From assembly GCA_964106915.2 (NCBI GenBank), contig OZ066924.1: 64,000 nt of DNA; one strand, given 5' to 3'. Below are positions 40,001 through 51,881 of this stretch, piece by piece; position 1 is the first letter of the stretch, and the number at the start of each line of letters is the position of its first letter. Both the position numbers and the translations under genes were made by a program. Source of the stretch: Podarcis gaigeae (lineage: Eukaryota). The notes under the pieces are model-generated. The model did not search any database and was not told where the DNA came from. It worked only from the letters and a program-made list of their open reading frames with translations.

Positions 40001-43000
40001 CATCGTCGTCAAAGTCTAGAGAACTCAAAGAGTCATTACGCGAAAAACAAAAAGGAGTTCCTTCAATTGGAGTGTAATGATGGGGGGAATCAAATGCAAA
40101 GCTTCCTCTTCCACGCTCTTCATTATTTGGAAGTTTTTCATTGAAGTCCCTTGAGCTATTTTTAAGGTTTTGTTTCTTTGTCTCTTTGTTGTCTGTATAG
40201 GTTCTTTCACTACTAAAATTACTTTTTGGCTCTGTGGTTTTTCGTAAGCGTGCTCTATACTCATTACTTTGGGGTATGGGTTTTACTGGTGAAGTTGGTT
40301 TCTTTTTCTCAGCTTCTAGCTGATTTTTGGCACCTACTGATGAGGATGTAGATGCTTGCTGGATTTGATCCATTATCTTTTTCACTCTGAAAGGTTTGTG
40401 ACTTTTCCCTTTTGGCATAGCGGAATTAATGCATTCTGCAAGAATATCATCACCTTCTTCTGCTTTGTCATCATCCAATGCAATAGTAGTCCCAGTTAAC
40501 TTTTTCCCTCTCTGAGCATCATCAGTATTTCTACCTTCTGTGGGAATGGTATCTCTCTTTTCAAATTCTGCAGGTTCCATCAATGTACCACCTGTCTCTG
40601 CATTAGCCAATTCATTGGGTGGTGATTCTATTGTGAGATCACTCAGCGATGTAGCCGTTGAGAAATTTATTGGTGTTCCCTCAACACAATACACGCGTGG
40701 CATATCATCTCCAGGTGTAAAACTAACATGTTTTTGAGAATGCAATCTGCTTTGAGAAGGGAGAAGTTTATACACAGGCAACTGGCTTGGCTTCCTGGCT
40801 ACAGGTGGAGGTATTTTTGAAGCAGTTATCTGTGAAGGCTTTTTGGTTTTACGTGAAGATTTTGTTGGCATAGCAGAAATAATACATTCCTCCAATATTT
40901 CAATATCATCTTCATCTGAATCATCCAGGATATCCTTTTCAGTCTCTGTGGGCTTCTCTGTCTTCTTCTCTTGATTATCCTTTGTGTCATTTGGCTGCTC
41001 AAGTTCCGATTCATTCCCATGGTCGTTTTCATGCACAGGAGGCATTATTCTCAACTCTACATCTTTCTGTATAAACGGTTCATCAAGACTCAATGCACTT
41101 AGGCTTGATGAGCAAGAAAATCCATCTGGTGTACTTTCTGTAGCAAAATGTAACAAAGTGTCTGCATCTTGCAATACCTGTACTCTTTGAACAGCTGTAT
41201 TTACAGCTGTTTGCCTTGGCCCAGACTCTCTCTTTTCAGTGGTGGGTATTTTTGTTTTAACTGTTTCTCTCTTTACTTGGGTTGCTTGTGGAGGGGGTGG
41301 GGTTTTACTTCTGCTTGGTGGCATTGTTTGCCCAGGACTGTCTGGAAGGTCACTTGGGCTTATAATACCACTCACCATCCCACTACAAGGCTCGCTCTGA
41401 ACAGAGCTAGCAATCGAACGGCTCTCAAAACTATCCAGGGAACTGACAGAAGTACACCTACTAAACATAAGTGGAGTCTCCTGCACATAATGTTCTGGTG
41501 GGCTCTTAGGAGTTTGCGCACCACTTTTTGAAGGAGATTTGGCACCCGAGGAAAATTCTACAGCTTTGTGTCTTGCTGAATCAGAAGGGGATAGACTAGA
41601 AGCCTGAAGTCTATTTGATTTTGTTCTAATGTGTTGTGAGGCTGAAGAGGTTTCATTTACAGTACCTGCTGCAGACAAACTCCTACTATTTTCTTTCATC
41701 CCCGCTATCTTCAAAGAGTTGTCCGTGTCTCCTGCCCGTGTGGATTGTTCACGTCCTGTTTCATCTTCAGCTGATGACAAAGATGACAGAGAGCTACATC
41801 TTGAGAAACAGATCGGTGTATCTTCTACACAATAGGTCTGTATTGTTTCCTGGTTGATGGAGGGTGCTTTGCAGGTCGCAGACTTCTGGGTGTGACCGGC
41901 TCTACTTTGAGCAGAATTTGGGTGAAGCTGGTTGTGTCTCTTTGAGCCAGCCGAGGTTGATGTATTCCCACTACTTGATGAAATATGATCCGTTTTAGTA
42001 CTCTGTACTGAAGGGCTCTTTGAAAAAGAAAAAGATGGCTTCTGTGAGGAAGGAGGAACGTCTGTTGAATACTTGAGACTGTAATCAATAGGCTGATCTA
42101 CATGGTGCTCTTCTTCATTGTATTTTATGCTATAATTAGTTGGATGATCTTCTTCCTCATGCTGTTCCTCCTCAGAGTAGCGTTCACTATAGTTAGTTGG
42201 CTTATCATCCTCATAATCATCAACTGGACATATGGACTGGTTCCCTTTTGGATTTATTCCATGACTGCAGGTAACTCTGTTCTGTTCTGAACTATTAGAT
42301 TCCCTTGATCTGAAAGGAGATACACACTCTGTCTGTCCAAAAGCTGACTGATAATTCATGTGTTTATTATCACTACTCTCAGTGTATACAGGGTATGCTC
42401 CACTTTGGCTTCTGGACTGTCTTTGTTCATTCTGCTTTATTTCCTCTTCAATTATGTGCTTAGGTCTTGCCCACCTTTCATTTTGTGATGGGCTTTGCCT
42501 TCCAGAATTTAATTGCTCATCAGAATATTTTAGGCTATAGTTTATTGGAGTATCTAGCTCTCCATCGTTGTCATCCATATGGTTAGCACTGTGTATTTTA
42601 TGGGCTAAATCAGCAGGGTACTGTCCATAACTGCAAAATTTACTCTCTTCATCTTCAGAGTAAGATTCAATAGGCTTCATCTGTCCTCTTTTACCATACC
42701 CATCACTGCTACTGACACTATTTAAGCTATCATTAGAAGCTCTCTTATATTCCACTTTTGCATAAGGCACAGGACATGTCCTGTTCTCAGATTTAGGAAA
42801 GTTGTAGGTATTTGTGTGGGAATGGGCAGCGGCTGTTCTTCTTAAAGCATTCCTATCTTCTGGCAAACAGTGCATTTCAGTTACAGATCCATTGCTTCTC
42901 TCTTCTTGTGGAATATGCATATTTACTTCTTCCATCACTTTGGAAATCTGGGCTGCAGCAGTAGAGATCTGCATTCCCATTCGTTTAGAGGAGCTCCCAG

Positions 43001-43659
43001 AATTTTCTGTTGCTGAATGATAGCTGCTTAATCCCATTGCACGCTCTCTATCCAAGCTCCTGTCCTTGTCAGACCGAGAACTCTCTGTATTTCCTCTGCT
43101 TGAGGAAGAAGAGCCAGGCAGTACAGTAGTGTTTAAATATGGTGGAAGTACGGTTACATTGCCACTATTAAAATTCTCAGACCTGCAAACTCCATCTTCA
43201 TGTCGATTAGCATCTAGAACATATTCACTGTACAGATTCTGTTTGTGTCTTTGCTTATTACGATGAGATGTTTTGGGACTTAAGTTATCAATATTGTCAA
43301 AGGTCTCAGATAAATGTTGAGCATCTAACTCTGCTTCCAGTGCTTTTTGCTTTCTAACATGAAGAGATGGTAAGCTTGAACCCGGAGACATGATGTTAGC
43401 ATCTTTATATTTCGCAGGCCTGTTTGCCATTAGGTTCCTTAGAGCTGCAGCACTGCCCATGGCTATCATCTTGTGCTTTGAATGTATGAGATTTTTGAGC
43501 ATGCTAACAGCTCCCATGTCCCACAGTGCTTCCTGGTCCTTTGAATTCCGTGCAGAGAGGTTCCACAAGGTTCCACATGCATTACTGACTATTGTCAAAC
43601 TATGAGACTTCAAGTGATGCAGCAAGGTTTGCAAACAGCTGTTCTCTCTTAGAATTTGC
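37086..43659 (-). CDS. APC: APC terminal exon 15 (classical numbering), 6574 bp coding
   Basis: ttccag|G CAA ATT...TCT GTT TAA. Encodes the last ARM repeats, four 15-aa repeats (e.g. LDTPINYSLKYSDEQ), seven 20-aa repeats (e.g. EDTPICFSRCSSLSSL), three SAMP motifs, the basic region, the SQIP EB1 motif and C-terminal VTSV. Confidence 0.99.
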
Positions 43660-44899
43660 CTGGAATTAAAAAAAAGGGGGGGGAGGGAGGGAATCACTTT
43701 AACAAGATGAAAGACAAAAAAGTGTCTCTGTTTATTTCCTGCTAATAATGTTGCCCAAAATCCTATAAATAGGCATTAGCATAAATTCAATTTTAGACCA
43801 GGATCTAATAACGAATATTTGTGTACAGAAACTGTTTGTAGGATAATACTGACACTGTTGCTCCCAATTTGTCACCTGGGCTCAAATGGCAAACTTGGAA
43901 CAGAAACTTTTATTCTGCTTTGGGTAATGTTTCAGGGGGGAAGGAAGGTTCTGTCAGTGACAGAGATGGCTTCCTGGGGTTTCCCCCCCCCTGTCCCACC
44001 CCATTTTTTATTTTAGTTTTTAAAAACAGCTTAAAAGTTGCCAGGATGGCAGCAGGAAGTTCCTCTCCTACCAGTGCTCAATCCAATGGCACTGCTGAGA
44101 ATTAATTTTTTTTAAAAAAAAATTAAAGGAAGATTCTAGAAGCTTCCCATTTTCCATAGTATGTACTCCCTTCCCTCTCCAAAATATCCCAGAGCCCCTA
44201 AACGTTGCTGCCCCCAAACCACTTTCCAAAACCATGTGCCCTGTTGGAACAGGGGACAAGGCCACCAAAGAATTCAGCAAACCTCCAAACTGGGGGAGAC
44301 TCAATAAAATATAAAGCTTTTCCAAATGCACACACAGAGCTTGCTTTCTGGGAACAGACCCTTACACTTGCATGGGATGTCACTCTGAATGGTCTATTAC
44401 CAATGGGGATAGCTTTTCTGAGAGTGTTCCACCTGCAGTGAAAGATGTGTGCATTCATATGTGACTGCAGAATGCATCCCTTTGGATTCCAGCCAAGGTT
44501 TCAGCTAAGAACATCCCTACTTTTAAATAGGCTTATCCCACACTAACAAACTAAAATAAAGTTGATTTGTGCTGTACAAATCACATTATTCAAAACAGGG
44601 CTTATCATGTACTGCCTTTATATTATCTTATACTTGTAAAACTGGGACCATTTTTTATCACAAGCAGCGCAGGAATCTCTTACCAAATAAAATGCTTACT
44701 TATGTTCCAGAGAAAATTATTAAGCTGCAGCCATCTGAGCAGTGAGCTTCTAACAACAACACTGCAGCAATAATTTATGTAGCAGCATACAACAACACCA
44801 AGTATAACTTTGCTCATAATCTCTGCCTCCTTCCAGTAAATGTCATCTGCTGCATGAAATGCATGGCTTACTGCTTAGGTAACTAGATGGCACACTTAC

Positions 44900-45114
44900 C
44901 TGTGGTCCTCATTTGTAGCAATCAAGCTGGAGACATTACGCAGTATTCCCCCTCCACTTTCAATGATAGCTAAAGTATTTGTTTGACTCCGGTAAGTCAG
45001 TGTGCCAACTAAAAAGGCAAGAGCACCATCCACAGCACATATATCAGCTTTATTCTCAGTGCAGTGGGCTGACAGATTCCATAAAGCACTCAGTACGCTT
45101 TTTAGGGTAGATTC
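44900..45114 (-). CDS. APC: APC exon 14 (215 bp)
   Basis: ctgcag|GAA TCT...CAC AG|gtaagt. Translates ESTLKSVLSALWNLSAHCTENKADICAVDGALAFLVGTLTYRSQTNTLAIIESGGGILRNVSSLIATNEDHR. Confidence 0.98.
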
Positions 45115-45595
45115 CTGCAGAGAGAGCAAGCACACTGAATTAAGAGGGCTGATATGCAACCTTAAACCAAACAAATTAATGTTTTGACACTGGTAAAAAA
45201 ATAATAATCAAGAGAGGAATCCAACACTATTCTAAACATGAGCACAATATAAGGGGGCACAATTGGGGGGAGGGGGAGCCCTGTTGCAGTTCCATTAGTG
45301 AGACCAGTTAGTTAGTGTTTATTTTGCTAGTGGTAACAACTTCATTGTCTGCTGCATATAAGAGAATGGCACTCCAGTGTTAATTATTAGTGAGTTAGCC
45401 TCACTGAACTCAGTGGGAATTACTTCTGCCTAAACAGAGGGTTGTATCCAATATTACTAACAAAAACCATTCAATTTTAGTGGGTATTTTAGTTTGCTGT
45501 TGGAAGGAATAATTACACTTTTCTTCTATGAATAAGGAAACCAAAAAAATAATTTCATATACTTAAAATAGTGAAAAATGTGGTTTTGCGGTAAC

Positions 45596-45712
45596 CTTTT
45601 TAACTTCCAAAGCACACTCCATCAGTGCTTTCACACTTCCAACTTCACGAAGTGTCTTCTTACTGTTCACATCTGCTCGCCAAGACAAATTTCTCAACAC
45701 ACTTGCAATGAC
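45596..45712 (-). CDS. APC: APC exon 13 (117 bp)
   Basis: gtgcag|GTC ATT...AAA AAG|gttacc. Translates VIASVLRNLSWRADVNSKKTLREVGSVKALMECALEVKK. Confidence 0.96.
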
Positions 45713-46451
45713 CTGCACAAAATAGAAAAAGAAAAAAGCTCAATCTGCTTTATTAACTTTATTGTTTTCTACCCTTTAATATTTGCTGAAACAGTTTAGG
45801 GTGCATGATTTGCATGATAATAAGCTATTTAATTTACTGGGTTTCATTTTAAAATTTAATTCAATTCAGTAGCCCAAAGTTTAATTTCAAATTCTACTCT
45901 ACATATGATTTCAAATATTCTGATGAATATTTTGGAACGACTCTTTCCAAGTTCTATGTACCTGTGGTGAAATTACAAATTGGAGGGGTGTTTCTAGCTA
46001 CCCCACCCTGTGAGCACATCATGGGAAGATTGGTGAAGCTGTGAAGCTCCCTTGTTACTTTTGCTATGAGATGCTGTGGTCTTGTTATTTTTTTCTTTCA
46101 AGTAATCTTGTTATTATACCTGGTATTGTTTTGCTATGTTATTATGTAACTGCTTTTGTAGCATTTGTTTGAAATGCATCCCTGTTTCATTGTTGTTAAG
46201 CCACTCTGAGCATTGTTTTTGGTGGAAAAGCTGCATACAAATAAAATACATGTAAATTAAGAACTTTCAGACTATGTGGTTCAGCTTGTATTACATTAAG
46301 GAACACATAGAATACTTGGGCTTTGCCTAATTCCACTTAACATTAGAAGTTGTACAGTTCTATCAAGATGCCCCAATCAAGTTTCTTTAATGAAAAAATT
46401 TAAAAACTATGCAATACACAGTAGGATAAAAGTTCTACAAGTAAGATTTAC

Positions 46452-46529
46452 CTGCTGCAAATCTTCACTTTCAGATTTTAACTGGGCAACAAGGGCTCTC
46501 ATGCAACCTTTCATAGAACACAACGTAGC
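46452..46529 (-). CDS. APC: APC exon 12 (78 bp)
   Basis: aatcag|GCT ACG...CAG CAG|gtaaat. Translates ATLCSMKGCMRALVAQLKSESEDLQQ. Confidence 0.97.
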
Positions 46530-46614
46530 CTGATTAAAGAGAGAGGGAGATAATTAAACAAAGTATTATGCAGTATGTTGACAGGTGACAAGTTACTTTC
46601 TTTACAAGCAGAAT

Positions 46615-47260
46615 TAAAGGACATAAAACAACATAAAAATTATTATCCAACTTTTCTGCTCTAAGTGCACTCACAGCTACTCATAAAGCTAAAGCTCATA
46701 AAGCTAAAACAGTAAATATATAAATCCACAGCAAAAGAACAAAATAATAAATAACAGTGATTTAAAACATTCATAAAAGAAGCAGAGTTGGTTGAGCACA
46801 TGCTGGACTGAAACGGTCTTCAATGTACACTTATTTAGGCAAGCTGTTCCATTATCTGGGCATCACAACTGAGAAAACTCTTTCCTCACAACAGTTGAGA
46901 TGGCAAAGGCACACAAATAGAGTAGACCCTTTGTAGTGGGATGGAATTCTCTTTCATATGGAAAGTGGAGGGCCCAGCCAGTTTAGGGCTTTAAAACATC
47001 AAGGGCAGCACTTTGAATTTAGCCTGGAAACAAATAGTGAGCCACTGTAATTGGTACAAAATCAGAGCAATATGCTTTGATCATCTCTGACCCTTCCAAA
47101 ACCCCAATAGCCCCATTCTGGATGGATTGTTCTGGATGAACAATCTTCAATGGCAGTCTCACATAAAACAAATTACTGTAGTTCAACCTAGAGTGGACTA
47201 GGGCATGAATGACCATGGCCAAATCTACCTTCTCCAGGTAAAGACTTAATTGGCTTATCA
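46615..47260 (-). mobile_element. L2 LINE 3' fragment
   Basis: Translates DLAMVIHALVHSRLNYSN..Y..LP, the L2 ORF2 motif. Confidence 0.75.
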
Positions 47261-47641
47261 GATCATAAGATGGATTAAAATTTCCAAATAGTGGCAGGTT
47301 CAAGAATTACAATAAAGTGCAGATGTAAAAATATAGTCAACTATTTCATGACCTATACAAAATACCCTTAAAAAAAGCAGCAAAGGAGAATATTAAAATA
47401 TTAATTAACAATAGTCATAGGGCATAGGATAATAATACAGAGCATAATTGTGTCATTGTGGCTGTGTCAATGTCTGCTGAGGAATATCAAGAAATAAGCA
47501 GAACTACATTTTTCTGTTCCATGCTCAGCTGTATCACGGCCATCTGAAGTTAATGGCAGCAGCCCATTATATACAGAACTGCTGAAAAGCTGAAAGTCTT
47601 AATATTAAAACTATTAAATAGCAAAAGAAAAATTAACTTAC

Positions 47642-47781
47642 CTTATTTGCTACATCTCCAAAAGTTAAGTTTGTCAGAGCCATTCCAGCATATCGTCTTA
47701 ATGTGACACTATAGTGGTCATTAGTAAGCCCATACATTTCACAGTCTACTTGAAGCAATTCTGCAATGGCCTGCAATCCTC
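47642..47781 (-). CDS. APC: APC exon 11 (140 bp)
   Basis: ttatag|GA GGA TTG...AAT AAG|gtaagt. Translates GGLQAIAELLQVDCEMYGLTNDHYSVTLRRYAGMALTNLTFGDVANK. Confidence 0.97.
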
Positions 47782-47858
47782 CTATAAACATAGTTGAAAT
47801 TTTTGTTAGAAAGAATTATTTTTCTAAACAATTTATTCTAAATAATTTATTCTAAGTA

Positions 47859-48108
47859 CAGTGGTACCTCGGTTTAAGAACAGCCCTGTTTACAAACTAT
47901 TCGGTTTATGAACTCTGCAAAACCAGAAGTAGTGTCCCGGTTTGCGAACTCTACCTCGGTCTAAGAACAGAAGCTGAATGAGCTGAATGGTGGAAGGACA
48001 CCGGCGGCGGGAGGCCTCATTAGGGAAAGCGTGCCTTACTTTAAGAACAGTTTCACTTTAAGAGCGGACTTCCAGAATGGATTAAGTTTGTAAACTGAGG
48101 TACCACTG
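47859..48108. mobile_element. Tigger-like MITE
   Basis: TA-CAGTGGTACCTCGGTTT...AAACTGAGGTACCACTG-TA. Confidence 0.88.
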
Positions 48109-48765
48109 TAATTTTATACTAAATATTCTGAATAATTTATTCTAAATAATTATTGGCATTTATTTTCCAAGGCCAAAGACAAAGCAAGGGGATGGTTACA
48201 AGGGATCCATACTATAGCAACTAAGAATTGTTTTTAAAGAACTGGGAGCATTTCACGGAAGTATTAAGAATCCAAAGAAAGCAAACCAATTTGCCCCAAA
48301 TCAGAAAAAACCTGCTATCTGTAGACATTGCGGTTTTTGGATAACAAACACTCTTTAAGCTTTCAAAGATGAATTTCCCCCCTATGTCTTATATGCAAAT
48401 GTCGCAAGTGAACACAACTCGAAGAAAAGCAACATGTATGCTGCTAACAACCACTCTTGTCAGCACCACTGTTGTTTCTTCCTGCATATATGCTATGTAG
48501 CTATGGAACAAATGGGTTGGGGATAAAGATACCTAGCTCAATAAATTATCTAAATAGAAGGAGCTACAGCATTCTCCAGAGCCTAGATAACAATTTTGAA
48601 TCAATAAGCATTCATGTACTGAAAGGGTGAAGAAAATCTAACATTTTATCTTCCTGATTGTGGAAACCATCAGGTTGTTAAAGTTCTAACTAATCCGTAA
48701 TGTCATGTGTTAGAGGTAATGTGATCTTGAGCATATACTCTTGATACTTTTGGCTCCACTCTTAC

Positions 48766-48861
48766 CAAGTTCATTCATCGCATGACGGTGCTCTTCATCA
48801 AATGAAAGCTTCATAAGAACACACACTGCAGGACAGATCTGATGGTCAACTGGAGCCGGCA
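48766..48861 (-). CDS. APC: APC exon 10 (96 bp)
   Basis: ctgacaag|TG CCG GCT...CTT G|gtaaga. Translates (M)PAPVDHQICPAVCVLMKLSFDEEHRHAMNEL(G). Confidence 0.96.
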
Positions 48862-49047
48862 CTTGTCAGAACAAGGAAAATAATTACTATTTACTTCATC
48901 AATTAGTTATTTAACAAAGCAAAGCTTACAGAGGTTTAGAGAGGCTGTTTATTAGACACCTGAAAGGCAACCTAATTATGGGGGGGAACCCTACACAATT
49001 ATGAAATAAACAGTTTCTACATTCTGCATAACTGTGTAGTCGTTCTG

Positions 49048-49130
49048 GACTTCAAAGCAACAACAAAGCATACGAGGTGATTGACAGATTGACTTCAAAG
49101 CAACAATAAAGCATACAAGGTGACTGACAA
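49048..49130. repeat. 43-bp-period tandem duplication
   Basis: gacttcaaagcaacaa(c/t)aaagcatac(g/a)aggtga(t/c)tgaca occurs twice. Confidence 0.9.
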
Positions 49131-49871
49131 ATGGGTGTCCTCATCCACCTACTACATTTGGCTCATGAGGGAAAACCTGACCAGGATCTGGCCTGCAGAG
49201 CCAAAAAGGTTTCCCCTCCTTATATACATGGAACGCCACACAAGAACTCGGGCCTCTTTTTTTTAATTATTTGTTTATAAGATTACCTGCCCTTCACAGT
49301 GAGACTACATAACGTTACATAACAACGGGCTACATAACAACATATAAAAACATAAAACAGATGAAAATCAGAATAATTTTAAAGCATATAGAACAGATGG
49401 AAAATTGGAGCAGAGCACTATAAATTCAGCAGAGGAGCCAAGGTAAAGAGAGGAGTCTTCAGTATGTGTCACAGGGAAGGGCTTGGAGCCAATCTGGGTC
49501 TCTGCTCTTGGACCTAGGAGCCCTAATGCATTATGGGGGCATGTTATCATAGGGGAATTTGCCTACCCCTCCTGCCTTCCTCCACCCCAGGCCAACTACA
49601 GTTCTTACAGTCTTCCTTCTTCGCCAGTTATGTTGCTGCAAAGTTTCTTCCCTTGCAAGATTAAAGTAGCAACAGAGTGGAATTATAGGAAAACTAAGCA
49701 AAAGCGACATGGGCTATAGTGGGCAGATTTGCCCATCATAACCAGAGGTCTCATCTCTCACACAGCTTGCTTGAAATTGCTTGTTCTACAAAGAACTCAG
49801 ATTCGAAGCCGTAACATGAAAAAACACTTCATGCTGGTTTTCAAGTAAAAGCTTTAAACACAGTGACATAC

Positions 49872-50250
49872 TTGGATTTTTGTCTTGGTCCATGCCTTGG
49901 TCATGTGCTTCCTGCCATTCCCAACACGTTTCACAGTAAGCTCGGATTTGTTCTAGAAGATGAAGGACTCTGATTTCTCGCCTGCCTCGCTTATCGTCAG
50001 GCTGCGAGTGAATGATATTATGCAGTGCTGCGCTGGCTCTGGCACGGGCTTCCTTACTACCCCGGGAGTTTCCCAACAACACTGAGTCTTTATCGTTGCC
50101 ATGCAGAAGTTGAATGAGGAGCGGAAGACATCCAGACTGGCGCATAGCTATGCAGCTGTCCTGGGAGCTAGACATGGCTAGCAAAGTTCGTGACATGTCA
50201 TCTTTATCATGAGTACCCAACATGGACAGCAATGAATACACCATTTCAAC
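49872..50250 (-). CDS. APC: APC exon 9 (379 bp)
   Basis: ttgcag|GTT GAA ATG...AAT CCA A|gtatgt. Translates VEMVYSLLSMLGTHDKDDMSRTLL...WEWQEAHDQGMDQDKNP. Confidence 0.98.
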
Positions 50251-50583
50251 CTGCAAAGCAAGCAATTTTTTAAAAATGTTACCAATTTTTAAAGTATAAG
50301 CCATGGCATTTTTGATGAACTGATGATGAATTAAGCCTTTGGGCCTAAGTTAACAACTCTCAACGTTACAGATTCTGTATTGCACTATTCTTAGGCAGAT
50401 AAAATAATGCTGACATAGTAGTACAAACTGTATCACCAAAATTAGTGGAGGATTCACTATGTGTTACTCTTGTCTGTAAACAAGACAGGGCACTCATAAA
50501 CAATTATGCATTTTCAGAAAAGCTTAATGACACCCTCCTCATATTGTTAATGTAGCAGCAATCTATTGCCACATCATGAAATA

Positions 50584-51881
50584 CAGTGGTGCCCCGCAAG
50601 ACGAATGCCTCGCAAGACGAAAAACCCGCAAGACGAAAGGGTTTTCCGTTTTTTGAGGCACTTCGCAGGACGAATTTCCCTATGGGCTTGCTTCGCAAGA
50701 AGAAAGCCCATAGGGAAATCTCCGGGGACCTCTTTTAAATGCTGGCGGTGGGGAGCAAAGCCTTCCCCCCCCCCTCCGGCCTTCAGAAGAGGTCCAGGAA
50801 GGCCGGCGGGGGCCGAAAGGCTTTGCTCCCCACCGCCAGCATTTTAAAAGCAGTCCGGGATAGCAGGGAAGCGCTTCCCGCTATCCTGGACGGCTTTTGA
50901 AGGCAGGCGGGGGGAGCAAAGACTTTCGCCCCCCGCCCGCATTCAGAAGAGGTCCAGGACCTCTTCTGAAGGCTGGCGGGGGGCAAAAGTCCTTGCTCCC
51001 CCCTGCCTGCCTTCCCGGGAGAGCGGAGAAAAGCAGCGTGTTTCTCCGCTGTCCTGGACGGCTTTTGAAGGCGGGGGGGGGGAGCAAAGACTTTCGCCCC
51101 CCGCCCGCATTCAGAAGAGGTCCAGGACCTCTTCTGAAGGCTGGCGGGGGGCAAAAGTCTTTGCTCCCCCCTGCCTGCCTTCCCGGGAGAGTGGAGAAAC
51201 GCAGCGTGTTTCTCCTCTGTCCCGGACTGCTTTTGAAGGGGGGGAGCAAAGACTTTCCGCTCTCCCGGGAAGGCAGGCACGGGGGAGCAAAGACCTTTGC
51301 CCCCCGCCCGCCTTCAGAAGAGGTCCTGGACCTCTTCTGAAGGCGGGCGGGGGGCAAAAGTCTTTGCTCCCCCGTGCCTGCCTTCTCGGGAGAGCGGACG
51401 GCTTTTGAAGGCAGGTGGAGGGGAGCAAAGACTTTTGCCCCCCCGCCCGCCTTCAGAAGAGGTCCAGGACCTCTTCTGAAGGCGGGCGGGGGGCAAAAGT
51501 CTTTGTCCCCCCCGCCAGCCTTCCTGGGGGCTTTTAAATCGCCCCGGGACAGCGGAGAAGTCCTCTGCTGTCCCGGGGCGATTTTTAAATGCTGGCGGGC
51601 GGCAGCGAAGCCTTCGCTGCCGCCCGCCAGCATTTTAAAATGCTGTCCCGGGGTTTTTTAAAATGCTGGGGGTGGGAAGAAAAGCCCTTGTCCCCCCCCT
51701 CAGCCTTCAGAAGAGGTCGGGGGACAGACTGTCCCGGACCTGGTCTGAAGGCGGTTTCCATAGGAACGCATTAATTGATTTTTAATGCATTCCTATGGGA
51801 AACCGTGCTTCGCAAGACGAAAAACTCGCAAGACGAAAAAACTTGCGGAACGAATTAATTTCGTCTTGCGAGGCACCACTG
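50584..51881. mobile_element. Tigger/pogo-like non-autonomous element with an internal GC-rich palindromic array
   Basis: TA-CAGTGGTGCCCCGCAAGACGAA...TTCGTCTTGCGAGGCACCACTG-TA. Subterminal CGCAAGACGAA repeats and four full internal palindromes. Confidence 0.92.

Noticed and set aside
37819-43605. Many plus-strand ORFs antisense to the large APC exon
   Set aside because: Expected shadow ORFs of a long Ser-rich CDS; no independent signals.
43660-43697. N-terminal MIPSLPPLFFNS of the 2203-aa ORF
   Set aside because: This is the intron 14 pyrimidine tract; the exon starts at 43659 after ttccag.
47782-48765. Search for the 54-nt alternative APC exon 10A known from mammals
   Set aside because: No recognisable homologous exon with splice sites by eye. 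Absence is not proven without an alignment.
50740-51740. CRISPR-like array of palindromic repeats, and the overlapping 100-250 aa ORFs
   Set aside because: The 'spacers' are themselves repeated, spacing is irregular, there are no cas genes and the DNA is vertebrate. The ORFs are GC-rich repeat translations on both strands inside a MITE.
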